A DNA stretch of 21,789 nucleotides, taken from UHGV virus genome UHGV-1607642. One strand, 5' to 3'. The notes below the pieces were generated by a model. The model was not told the origin of the DNA, did not search any database, and saw only the letters and a list, made by a program, of their open reading frames with translations. Below, piece after piece: positions 1 to 7,400 of the stretch (position 1 is its first letter; every line of letters begins with the position of its first letter). The position numbers and the translations under genes are program-made. The stretch comes from a virus.

Positions 1-184
1 AATCAAGAGTTTTTTTGTTCGGGAATGAAAAATTTTATTCAATAAAAATCAAAGTCTTAGAAATAAAATGCATTTTCTCGAAGGTGTTGCCTAAATAAAT
101 TCTCTATTCAGCCAATCACCCTTATATATTTAAATTGGAATCGAGTTTGTGGGAAATAAATATAACGGGAAGTGACGAATAAAA

Positions 185-210
185 TAATAACCGGACTTAG
201 CCGGTTATTA
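185..210 (-). terminator. Putative intrinsic terminator closing the leftward operon
   Basis: Inverted repeat TAATAACCGG / CCGGTTATTA (10-bp stem, 6-nt loop) 11 nt downstream of the stop at 222; on the minus strand it is followed by TTTTATT. Confidence 0.5.
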
Positions 211-221
211 CCCTTATAGAT

Positions 222-749
222 TTAAAACGGTAAAATCCGTTCGACCCAATCGAACATGGCGACTGTCTTCCTACCGTCCCCCATGTTGAGTGTGACCTGA
301 CAAGCGTCAACGCCTGAAGACACCCCCTCAATTTCACGGCCATCCGCCATGTAGACCCTTATAGACTTCTGCATCTCATGGGCCTGGCGACAAATTTTGA
401 AGAAATCACGGCGAGATGGCCGATTGTCCACATAGTCTGGGTGTATCGTTGTCCGACCCGTGAAGTCGTGTGCAATGCCTTCTGTCACACCTGATTCAAT
501 CGTGCTGATTCGCTCAAGTGGGAGCCTTATACGATTATCTTTGTCGAACGGGGCAGGGCAAAGGTCGACCTTGTTGCGTGACGACATGAGACCCTGAACA
601 TACATGCAGAACACCTGACCATCTTCCATCGTGACCCTTACAGGAATAAGAGACTTGCGCCAGAACATCAGCGCTTTCTCCACGTTGGTGTAATCGCGCG
701 GCCAGACTTCTGCAGGAATCCCGTAGGTGATGTCAGTAATATTCGTCAT
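222..749 (-). CDS. Hypothetical protein with a triplicated h-x-h-x-M-x-D-G motif (about 175 aa)
   Basis: Long ORF in the six-frame track (222..791). Start placed at ATG 749 (MTNITD...), 5 nt from the lipoprotein stop, rather than ATG 791; neither has a clear SD, so the start is uncertain. No recognisable catalytic motif. Confidence 0.45.
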   Translation of the reverse strand: MTNITDITYGIPAEVWPRDYTNVEKALMFWRKSLIPVRVTMEDGQVFCMYVQGLMSSRNKVDLCPAPFDKDNRIRLPLERISTIESGVTEGIAHDFTGRTTIHPDYVDNRPSRRDFFKICRQAHEMQKSIRVYMADGREIEGVSSGVDACQVTLNMGDGRKTVAMFDWVERILPF

Positions 750-753
750 ATCG

Positions 754-1176
754 TCACAGTGTCGTTGGTAAGATATCGATGTCACCAGCATTACTGGTGA
801 ACACCCGGAAGACTTTCGTCTCGCCAGCTTTGGTAATCGTCTCGCGTTCCTGACGAGCAGGATTCAGTGCGCACAGCCCAGCGTCTTCGAGTGAGGCGCC
901 AACAATCCATTCTCCGGCATCCAGATGAAAAGTGACTTTTTCACCTGTTTCCAGTTTTGCAACGGTTTCGCCATTGATGAAGATCGATGCGTCGCAACCG
1001 GCGCCCACCATGCTTTTATCTCTCATAACCACCAGCGTCGATGCCGCCGGAGATTGGTATTTGAATATTCTGGTCTGCGGTGCTGGCTTTGCCTCAGAGA
1101 CAGGAATAGGACGAGATTGACATGCAGTGATAAGTAACGCGGAGGCAGCAACCAGAGGAAGTAATACGTGTTTCAT
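754..1176 (-). CDS. Putative lipoprotein (signal peptide plus lipobox), function unknown
   Basis: Start chosen at MKHVLLPLVAASALLITAC: short positive n-region, hydrophobic h-region and lipobox I-T-A-C. The track's longer N-terminal extension (to 1212) is probably not translated. Confidence 0.6.
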   Translation of the reverse strand: MKHVLLPLVAASALLITACQSRPIPVSEAKPAPQTRIFKYQSPAASTLVVMRDKSMVGAGCDASIFINGETVAKLETGEKVTFHLDAGEWIVGASLEDAGLCALNPARQERETITKAGETKVFRVFTSNAGDIDILPTTL

Positions 1177-1210
1177 TGTGCCGAACAAAATCCTTATCTT
1201 TACGAAAATC

Positions 1211-1230
1211 ATGGCGCCTCAAGGCGCCAT
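1211..1230 (-). terminator. Hairpin (possible attenuator or internal terminator) between the 92-aa gene and the lipoprotein gene
   Basis: ATGGCGCC tcaa GGCGCCAT, GC-rich 8-bp stem; on the minus strand it is followed by GATTTTCG (short U-tract). Confidence 0.35.
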
Positions 1231-1235
1231 AATGC

Positions 1236-1514
1236 TCAATCGAGGCGTTTTAGAATATCGGCCAGATCTTCTTTGGTCATACCCGAGTTTTCGTAAATCT
1301 TCATGACCTTTTCACGAGCCTTTGCAGTAGTCTCTAATGACGTAGCTATCTTATCAAAATCACCCATCGTCATATTGGACAGCACCAGATTGATGATGTC
1401 TGCCTTTGACAGTTTTATGCTGCGTTCACGCAGTCGATTCTGAAAGGTCTCTAGTTTATCGTTTGCTTTTTCGGTTAACTTAACCTGGCAGTTAATAGCG
1501 CGTTTCTCGCTCAT
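1236..1514 (-). CDS. Small hypothetical protein (92 aa), possibly a DNA-binding (RHH-like) regulator
   Basis: ORF starts 2 nt after the helicase stop (translational coupling). N-terminal strand-helix-helix-like pattern; assignment is weak. Confidence 0.45.
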   Translation of the reverse strand: MSEKRAINCQVKLTEKANDKLETFQNRLRERSIKLSKADIINLVLSNMTMGDFDKIATSLETTAKAREKVMKIYENSGMTKEDLADILKRLD

Positions 1515-1516
1515 GC

Positions 1517-3076
1517 TTACTCTCTATCCAAAACAGTGAAATCGAATGTGCTGCCAACCGGCAAGACCCCCTCGGCAAACCCAGGCGTCGTGTCGATAAT
1601 GTGTTTCCGCTCATATGAATGCGACATGAGGTATTTGTTGCTCACGTCGATGAAGTCGGTAATAAAGCACACGTTAGCCTGATTTTTCTTGGCTCGTAAG
1701 CCACGACCGACACGCTGTCTCATTTCAACTTCTGCTTTCCCGCCACCACCCAGAATCACCGCGCCTACGCTTGGAACGTCGACACCAACATCCAGAATGG
1801 TTGAACCAATGAGAACATCTATCTTGCCTGCCGCCAGACTATTAAGTTTTGCTTGTCGGGTAGTCTGGTTTGATTCTCCGTAGATGAAATCGACCTTGAG
1901 GCCACTCTCTTTCATCATTTCCATCAAGATCTGACCATGACGCTTCAGACGAACCAATGTCATACAGTTCAGACCGTGACTCTTGTACATTAGCGCTTCA
2001 CGCACAATAGCTTCGTTGCGGCCCAGATTATAGACGATGCCTAACTGATAGGCTTTCTGGTAAGCCGTGCTCATTCCAACCCGAAAATTCAGGTGTTTTG
2101 AAGCAAGTTCGGCTCTAATCCGCGCCTCATCTGGAGTGTACGCGATTTTATGATATAAAAAGTATGGTTTCGCTAAAATACCTCTGTCGATCAAATATTT
2201 CTCCGTTACTTTTATCTCGATGCGACCCGCAACGGCCATGAGACGCATATTTGCTTCAGTCGAGTCCTTCATGAACGGCGTAGCTGTCAGCGCCAGACGG
2301 TAGTCGGCATTGATGCACAACCGGGCGATGTCGTAGAAGTTAGAACCAGATGATTCGTGTGCCTCTTCCAGAATCAGCAGAGAAACGCTGGACAGGAAGC
2401 GTTTAACCAGTTCCCGGCGCTTCAGGTGGTACTGTTTTTTCTCCGGTGATGCGTCGCGCGGTGGCTCTTCGAGAAAACTGGCCAGGGTCTGCACCGTGGC
2501 AACGTTGATATGGCGCGAGACCTGGAACTCACCCGATCCAATCACCCCAACTCTCTGACCTTTCAGCCACGGCTCGCCATTCTCCGCGCGGTAGTCGATG
2601 GATTTCTGGAAGTTCTCTGCCATCTGGAACATCAGAACCGATCGCGTGGTTAAAAACAGCGTCATACGACCAATGCGAGCAGCAGCCTTACACGCTACGT
2701 TCGATTTACCGCCACCCGTCGCAATCTGGGCAATCATCATCCCTTCGCGCACCAGTGTTTCCACTGTCTGATCCTGATACGCATAGTCCGGGTTATACGG
2801 GAATGGGTTAACTACCGGGTTCGGCTTGCCCAGCGCGGGAGCTTTTTCCTTGCGCACATGCACGCATTTGATGCCAGCTTTCAGAAGGTTGGCTGCAACT
2901 GGCTTCGCAAACCCAGCCGGGAACGCGTTTTTGCTCCAGTTGAACATCGTGCTGGTTCCTTTCCAGTCCCCAGCCTCCACTTCATAGCTCAACATCTCCT
3001 GAACGAGCCGCTTCACGTTGTCATCAGCGCTAGAAATCAGCGCATTGACTGCATTCGATACAATCCGAACTGTCAT
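1517..3076 (-). CDS. SF2 DExH-box helicase family protein (519 aa)
   Basis: Motif I ATGGGKS (Walker A), motif II LILEEAHESSG (DExH), motif III LTATP, motif VI QRVGRGLR, all read directly from the translation. SD AGGAAAGAGG upstream of ATG 3076. Confidence 0.85.
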   Translation of the reverse strand: MTVRIVSNAVNALISSADDNVKRLVQEMLSYEVEAGDWKGTSTMFNWSKNAFPAGFAKPVAANLLKAGIKCVHVRKEKAPALGKPNPVVNPFPYNPDYAYQDQTVETLVREGMMIAQIATGGGKSNVACKAAARIGRMTLFLTTRSVLMFQMAENFQKSIDYRAENGEPWLKGQRVGVIGSGEFQVSRHINVATVQTLASFLEEPPRDASPEKKQYHLKRRELVKRFLSSVSLLILEEAHESSGSNFYDIARLCINADYRLALTATPFMKDSTEANMRLMAVAGRIEIKVTEKYLIDRGILAKPYFLYHKIAYTPDEARIRAELASKHLNFRVGMSTAYQKAYQLGIVYNLGRNEAIVREALMYKSHGLNCMTLVRLKRHGQILMEMMKESGLKVDFIYGESNQTTRQAKLNSLAAGKIDVLIGSTILDVGVDVPSVGAVILGGGGKAEVEMRQRVGRGLRAKKNQANVCFITDFIDVSNKYLMSHSYERKHIIDTTPGFAEGVLPVGSTFDFTVLDRE

Positions 3077-3122
3077 AAACCTCTTTCCTTCGTGCCTTTT
3101 GTATGGTAATTGGCTATTATGG

Positions 3123-3140
3123 TAAGTAAGTACTTATACA
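3123..3140. repeat. Degenerate copy of the TAAGTA-N6-TACTTA element (contains perfect 10-bp palindrome TAAGTACTTA, 3127-3136)
   Basis: TAAGTAAGTACTTATACA sits in the 64-bp divergent intergenic region and abuts ATG 3141. Confidence 0.5.
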
Positions 3141-3839
3141 ATGGATTGTATCAGAATTATGGGTGTGAAAATTACGATTCTGCAGGTGGAAGTCGCGAAC
3201 CTGCGTCCGAATCCCTGGAATACCAACTCCGTTGGGGCGCAAAACTTCGAAAAACTGAAAGGCTCTATCGAAAAATTGGGCTTTTTTAAGCCAATTCTGG
3301 CGCGGGAGTTGGACGGGGGCATTTTTGAGATCCTCGGTGGTGAACACCGCTGGCGTGCCGCGATGGAGCAGGGCATTTCAACGGTTCCCGTCATCTCCGT
3401 GGGCAAAATTAACGATCTGGTGGCCAAACAGATTTCCCTCGTCGACAACGAGCGCTACGGCGAAGACGATCAGGTCGCTTTGCAGCGCTTAATCGAAGAA
3501 ATCCAGTCTGAAATCGACTACCGGTTGTCCGATATCGCCCCGTATGACGACGAAATGGCGGCAACACTCGCCAAAGCGTCCGTTACCGATCTTGAAGCGC
3601 TGGAAGCGCTCTCCCGTGGCGATGACGAGCCGGTCGATGAGGACAAACGCGAGAAAACCGAGCGAGTCGGCGCTGAACACCAGACGATGCGCTTCAAGGT
3701 GACGTTTGATGCGTCAGATCGCGTCGCCGACACCATCAAAACCATCATCAAAGAGCAGGGAATCAATACCGGTAACGAAATGGAGAACGCCGGGGAAGCC
3801 CTGGTGTGGCTGGTCGACTACTACAAGGAGCGTATGTAA
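3141..3839 (+). CDS. ParB/Srx-like N-terminal domain protein 1 (232 aa)
   Basis: ParB-type motif FEILGGEHRWRAAMEQG followed by an acidic C-terminal half. No clear SD; start could also be ATG 3159. Confidence 0.7.
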   Translation: MDCIRIMGVKITILQVEVANLRPNPWNTNSVGAQNFEKLKGSIEKLGFFKPILARELDGGIFEILGGEHRWRAAMEQGISTVPVISVGKINDLVAKQISLVDNERYGEDDQVALQRLIEEIQSEIDYRLSDIAPYDDEMAATLAKASVTDLEALEALSRGDDEPVDEDKREKTERVGAEHQTMRFKVTFDASDRVADTIKTIIKEQGINTGNEMENAGEALVWLVDYYKERM

Positions 3840-4507
3840 TGACCAAAAACTTTGAAATCGTCTATCGAAACCCGGCAGAACTCATCCCGTATGAGATGAA
3901 CGCCAAAAAACATGACGAACAGCAGATCCGCGATCTGGCGGCCGCCATCAAAAAGCGCGGTTTTGACCAGCCGATCACGGTCGACAAGCACGACGTCATC
4001 ATTACTGGCCACGGTCGTCGCGAGGCGGCTCTTCTGGCTGGTCTGGAGCGTGTGCCGGTCATTGTTCGCGACGATCTGAGCGAAGAAGAAGTGAAGGCTA
4101 AGCGTCTGGAAGACAACCGCCTGGCCAGTATTGACTACGACGCCATCAAATTGCAGCAGGAACTGGAATCCCTGGTGCTGGGCGATGTCGAGGTCTTCGG
4201 TTTTGAAGAGCGCGAGCTGAACGTGCTTGTCGGCAGCATGACCGAAGAGATGGAAACCGGCTCTCTGGTGCTCGATCTGGGCGAAGAGACGGAGCGCCAG
4301 AAGGAAGAGCACACCGAGATCAGTCGCGAAGTGGCCTCTGAAGAAGTCCGCGTCATCGACGTATTGGGCTTTAAAACGCTCCCTGCTGGCTCTGCCATTG
4401 TGGTTGGGGATTTGCTTGCCCACATGGAAGAAATCACGGGAGAGAGCGGGGTAGACGCTTTCGTGGCGTATGCGGAGAAAGTTTCTTCTGGGGAGCTGGC
4501 CGCATGA
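3839..4507 (+). CDS. ParB/Srx-like N-terminal domain protein 2 (222 aa)
   Basis: ParB-type motif VIITGHGRREAALLAG with acidic C-terminal half. ATG overlaps the upstream TAA by 1 nt (ATGTAATGA); the track ORF begins further upstream at a non-ATG codon. Confidence 0.7.
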   Translation: MTKNFEIVYRNPAELIPYEMNAKKHDEQQIRDLAAAIKKRGFDQPITVDKHDVIITGHGRREAALLAGLERVPVIVRDDLSEEEVKAKRLEDNRLASIDYDAIKLQQELESLVLGDVEVFGFEERELNVLVGSMTEEMETGSLVLDLGEETERQKEEHTEISREVASEEVRVIDVLGFKTLPAGSAIVVGDLLAHMEEITGESGVDAFVAYAEKVSSGELAA

Positions 4508-5142
4508 GCAAATACACCATCAACGTATCGTTTCAGACCCGCGTGAACAAAACCACGCGCACGCTGGAGATTGCCGAATCGTTCGGTCTTGGCCTGGACG
4601 AAAAAGAGTGGACGCTTTACGACAATCTGGAGCTGGAAGTGAAGCAGGGCGATGTGGTGTACATCACCGGCCAATCCGGTTCCGGTAAATCCGTTGTGCT
4701 GCGCGAGCTGCAACGCCAGATGAAGGATGAAGGGCTTTCTGTAGCCTCCATCGATGACTTTGCCTTCGACAATGAGGTTAACGTCATTGACCAGCTGGGC
4801 AAAACCACCAGCGAAGCGCTGGGGCTGCTGTCTATGGCCGGATTGAATGACGCCTATCTCTTTGTGCGTAAGCCATCCGAGATGTCTGACGGCCAGAAAT
4901 ACCGTCTCAAGATCGCCAAGCTGATCGAGTCCGGCGCGAAAGTCTGGGCTGCCGACGAATTTGGCGCTGTTCTCGACCGTGTAACCGCCCAGGTTGTGGC
5001 GTCGAACCTCCAGCGTGCCGCCCGTAAGGTTGGTGCGACGGTAATGGTGGCGACGACCCACGAAGACCTGAAGAACGCGCTGCGCCCGGATATGCAGATC
5101 ACCAAGCACTACAAAGAACGCGTGAAGGTGGAATATGCCTGA
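4504..5142 (+). CDS. Minimal ABC-type ATPase (212 aa, nucleotide-binding domain only)
   Basis: Walker A GQSGSGKS, signature-like SDGQKYR, Walker B VWAADEF, D-loop GAVLD, H-loop ATTHED. Start overlaps the upstream stop (ATGA); SD GGGAG upstream. No transmembrane partner gene. Confidence 0.75.
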   Translation: MSKYTINVSFQTRVNKTTRTLEIAESFGLGLDEKEWTLYDNLELEVKQGDVVYITGQSGSGKSVVLRELQRQMKDEGLSVASIDDFAFDNEVNVIDQLGKTTSEALGLLSMAGLNDAYLFVRKPSEMSDGQKYRLKIAKLIESGAKVWAADEFGAVLDRVTAQVVASNLQRAARKVGATVMVATTHEDLKNALRPDMQITKHYKERVKVEYA

Positions 5143-5389
5143 TTTGAAGATCGTAGAGCTGAAGCCATCGAAAGAGGCTGACAACAACAACGTTGAAGTC
5201 ATCCGCCTGCTGGAAGAAGCACTCCAGTACGCCAGAGAAGGCAAAAGCCAGAGCCTGGCACTGCTGATGATCAACAACGACGGCAGTGTGCTGGATTGCT
5301 GGCATAACGGTGGGCGTCCATACGTCATGGTTGGGGCGATGGAATCGCTTCGCCTGGACTTCATCAATGCCAATATCGAGCGTAGGTGA
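5135..5389 (+). CDS. Small hypothetical protein (84 aa)
   Basis: ORF overlaps the ATPase stop by 8 nt; SD AAGGTGG upstream. No recognisable motif. Confidence 0.5.
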   Translation: MPDLKIVELKPSKEADNNNVEVIRLLEEALQYAREGKSQSLALLMINNDGSVLDCWHNGGRPYVMVGAMESLRLDFINANIERR

Positions 5390-5394
5390 TCGAC

Positions 5395-6285
5395 ATGACA
5401 GGCATCATCATCAAACGCTACCGCCCGGAAGAGTTCCCGCGTCATCTGGACTTTCTGGAGCGTATGACCGTTACCAAAGGCACGGTTGAAGACTGGCACG
5501 CGCTGAAGTCGCTGCACTACAAGACGGATGGTAAGCCGTTCGCGCCAACGTATTATCGCTGCGAACTGGACGACCGGCTGGTGGGCGTCGTGGTTATGGC
5601 TTACCCGAAACTGCTGCTGGCGCCTCGCCATCGCATGTTTCCTAAGCTGAAGCCAACCACCAATACCACCGTGGCCAACCAGTATTGGGGCCGGTACGTG
5701 AACAACAACTTTGCCGTGATCAGCCGTTCCGTTGTTGACACTCAGTACCGCGGTGTCGGCGTCTCCTATCGAATGATTAACCTGGTTAGCAGGATGCACG
5801 ACCGGCCAATCATCGAGATCCAGTCGTCGATGAGCAAATACAACCCGTTCGCCATGAAAGCAGGGTTCCAGTTCATCCGTCAGGAGCGTCCGAAGAGCTA
5901 TGAGAGTGCGTTGCGCGTCTTCCAGCGTCATTTCCGTTCCGACCCTGGCGACAACGAAGCGATCGTCAAAGAGCTGTTTGCCATGAGTGAGTCTCGCCGT
6001 CGTCGTGCGCTGCGTGATCTGGTCGCTGACTACCACAAGAACAGTTCCCTGGCCAAAGCCGGGCGTAATCGTGGCACGACGATTCAGGACATTGCCGACA
6101 GCCTGGTGGACGAGGCCAGCATCGTGAAGCTGCTCAAGGACATTCACAACCTGAGCTTCACGTCTCCGCTGTATGGCGTGTACCGAAACCCGGACTTTGG
6201 TCGTCAGCTGCCGGACACGCTGCCACTGCTGGCATTCGACAAACAGCCTTTGAATAAACCTCTTGAAATTGCATTACCGGCATAA
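5395..6285 (+). CDS. Hypothetical protein with a GNAT-like acetyltransferase motif (about 296 aa)
   Basis: Start at ATG 5395 with SD AGGTGA 6 nt upstream. Segment AVISRSVVDTQYRGVGVSYRMINL fits the GNAT motif A (R/Q-x-x-G-x-G/A), read by eye; the ~130-aa C-terminal extension is unassigned. Confidence 0.5.
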   Translation: MTGIIIKRYRPEEFPRHLDFLERMTVTKGTVEDWHALKSLHYKTDGKPFAPTYYRCELDDRLVGVVVMAYPKLLLAPRHRMFPKLKPTTNTTVANQYWGRYVNNNFAVISRSVVDTQYRGVGVSYRMINLVSRMHDRPIIEIQSSMSKYNPFAMKAGFQFIRQERPKSYESALRVFQRHFRSDPGDNEAIVKELFAMSESRRRRALRDLVADYHKNSSLAKAGRNRGTTIQDIADSLVDEASIVKLLKDIHNLSFTSPLYGVYRNPDFGRQLPDTLPLLAFDKQPLNKPLEIALPA

Positions 6286-6294
6286 GGATTTGCC

Positions 6295-6561
6295 ATGACG
6301 TTGACCGACAAACAAAAAGACATCATCAAAACCATCAATTTAGGCCATGAGCGTGGGCATCTGCTCGATCTGGACGAGCTGCTTGAAGTGCTGCCGTACA
6401 AAACGACCAAACAGAGTATGCAGTTCTCTATCCGCGCACTGGTGAAAAAGGGGCTGGTGGAGAAAGGAATGTGCCGCCAGCGCGGTGATTCCGGCTACCA
6501 CCGTCGCACGCTGGGACTGACCACGTTAGGTCGTGCCAGAGCCAAATTACTGGTGATGTAA
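6295..6561 (+). CDS. Small winged-helix-like DNA-binding protein (88 aa)
   Basis: ORF with SD AAGGA. Size and basic C-terminal half suggest an HTH/wH regulator; the fold assignment is an inference. Confidence 0.45.
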   Translation: MTLTDKQKDIIKTINLGHERGHLLDLDELLEVLPYKTTKQSMQFSIRALVKKGLVEKGMCRQRGDSGYHRRTLGLTTLGRARAKLLVM

Positions 6562-6586
6562 GTCGGTCTGGGAGCCAGTTTGAGAG

Positions 6587-6641
6587 CCTGCTTCCGTATA
6601 TATAAATACTAAGTGACTTATTAAATATATACGGAAGCAGG
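6587..6641. promoter_or_regulatory. Large perfect inverted repeat (17-bp arms, 21-nt spacer) with a nested TAAGTgACTTA palindrome
   Basis: CCTGCTTCCGTATATAT ... ATATATACGGAAGCAGG. The spacer contains TAAGTGACTTA (6610-6620). No flanking T-tract, so it is not a typical intrinsic terminator. Confidence 0.6.
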
Positions 6642-6756
6642 TTCTGAATACTCCCCAGCCCGGTTTTAAACACCCAGAAAACAAATTGGTTAGGCACTGA
6701 ATTAAACAAGTTGTTTAGGAGCGCAAGGATGCGCTCTGAGTGTTTTAGAGGGATCT

Positions 6757-7398
6757 ATGACTGTAGAAAAAGACGAGAGCAAAACTCGCCTGACACCAGC
6801 TGAGTGGGCAGAAGCCGAAGCGAAGTGGACTTCCGGCGAATACACACTCTCCAGGCTGGAGGAAGAGTACGGCATTCGTCGTGAAACGCTCTCCAGACAT
6901 TTCAAAAAGCGTGGATTAGAGAAAGGCGCGGACTCCGTTGGGAAGATGGTGCGCGAGTCGCTCAAATCCGACGCAGAGCTGCGTGCGAAGGCGCGTGCAG
7001 AGAAAATCGAAGAGCGCCGGACTCGTTACGACGATTGGGCGTTCGCACTCGGTCGTATGGTGATGCATGAGGTGGCCACAGCCAAGAAGGACGGCAGGCC
7101 ACTGGCAGCCATCGAAGATGACCTGAAGAGTCTCCAGCGTGCCAGCGGCACACTCGCTAAGTGCTTCGAAATATCGTCGAAAGCGCTCGGTATGGATCGC
7201 GTGGAGAACGAGGACGACGAAATCCCGAACCTGGTATTTGGCGAACTTACGCCTTCCCAGGTGGCGCAGCTGCGTAAGGAAGATGATGAGCCGGATCTGA
7301 TTGATGACGATCTGCTTGAGTCACTCGAAGAGGAAGCACTGAGCGAAGCTGAGGGCGATTCTGAAGCGTCTGGTGATGAAAGTGATGGGAGCGTCTGA
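6757..7398 (+). CDS. Terminase small subunit (213 aa)
   Basis: Sits immediately upstream of the large terminase. N-terminal HTH-like segment YTLSRLEEEYGIRRETLSRHF and strongly acidic C-terminus. SD AGAGGGA upstream. Confidence 0.7.
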   Translation: MTVEKDESKTRLTPAEWAEAEAKWTSGEYTLSRLEEEYGIRRETLSRHFKKRGLEKGADSVGKMVRESLKSDAELRAKARAEKIEERRTRYDDWAFALGRMVMHEVATAKKDGRPLAAIEDDLKSLQRASGTLAKCFEISSKALGMDRVENEDDEIPNLVFGELTPSQVAQLRKEDDEPDLIDDDLLESLEEEALSEAEGDSEASGDESDGSV

Positions 7399-7400
7399 CT

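Noticed and set aside
3077-3140. Explicit sigma70 promoter calls in the 64-bp divergent region
   Set aside because: A TATTAT hexamer is present, but no -35 element lies at a proper 16-18 bp spacing; promoter assignment by eye is unreliable here, so only the palindromic element is reported.
4135-6147. 670-aa minus-strand ORF spanning the ParB/ATPase/GNAT region
   Set aside because: Antisense to a run of well-supported plus-strand genes with coupled starts and SDs; low-complexity, Arg/Ser/Thr-rich translation typical of a shadow ORF in GC-biased coding DNA.
5135-6285. Possible GNAT-toxin/antitoxin pair (84-aa ORF followed by GNAT-like ORF)
   Set aside because: The upstream small protein shows no RHH/DUF1778-like pattern and the GNAT-like protein is about twice the size of known GNAT toxins; gene order alone is insufficient.
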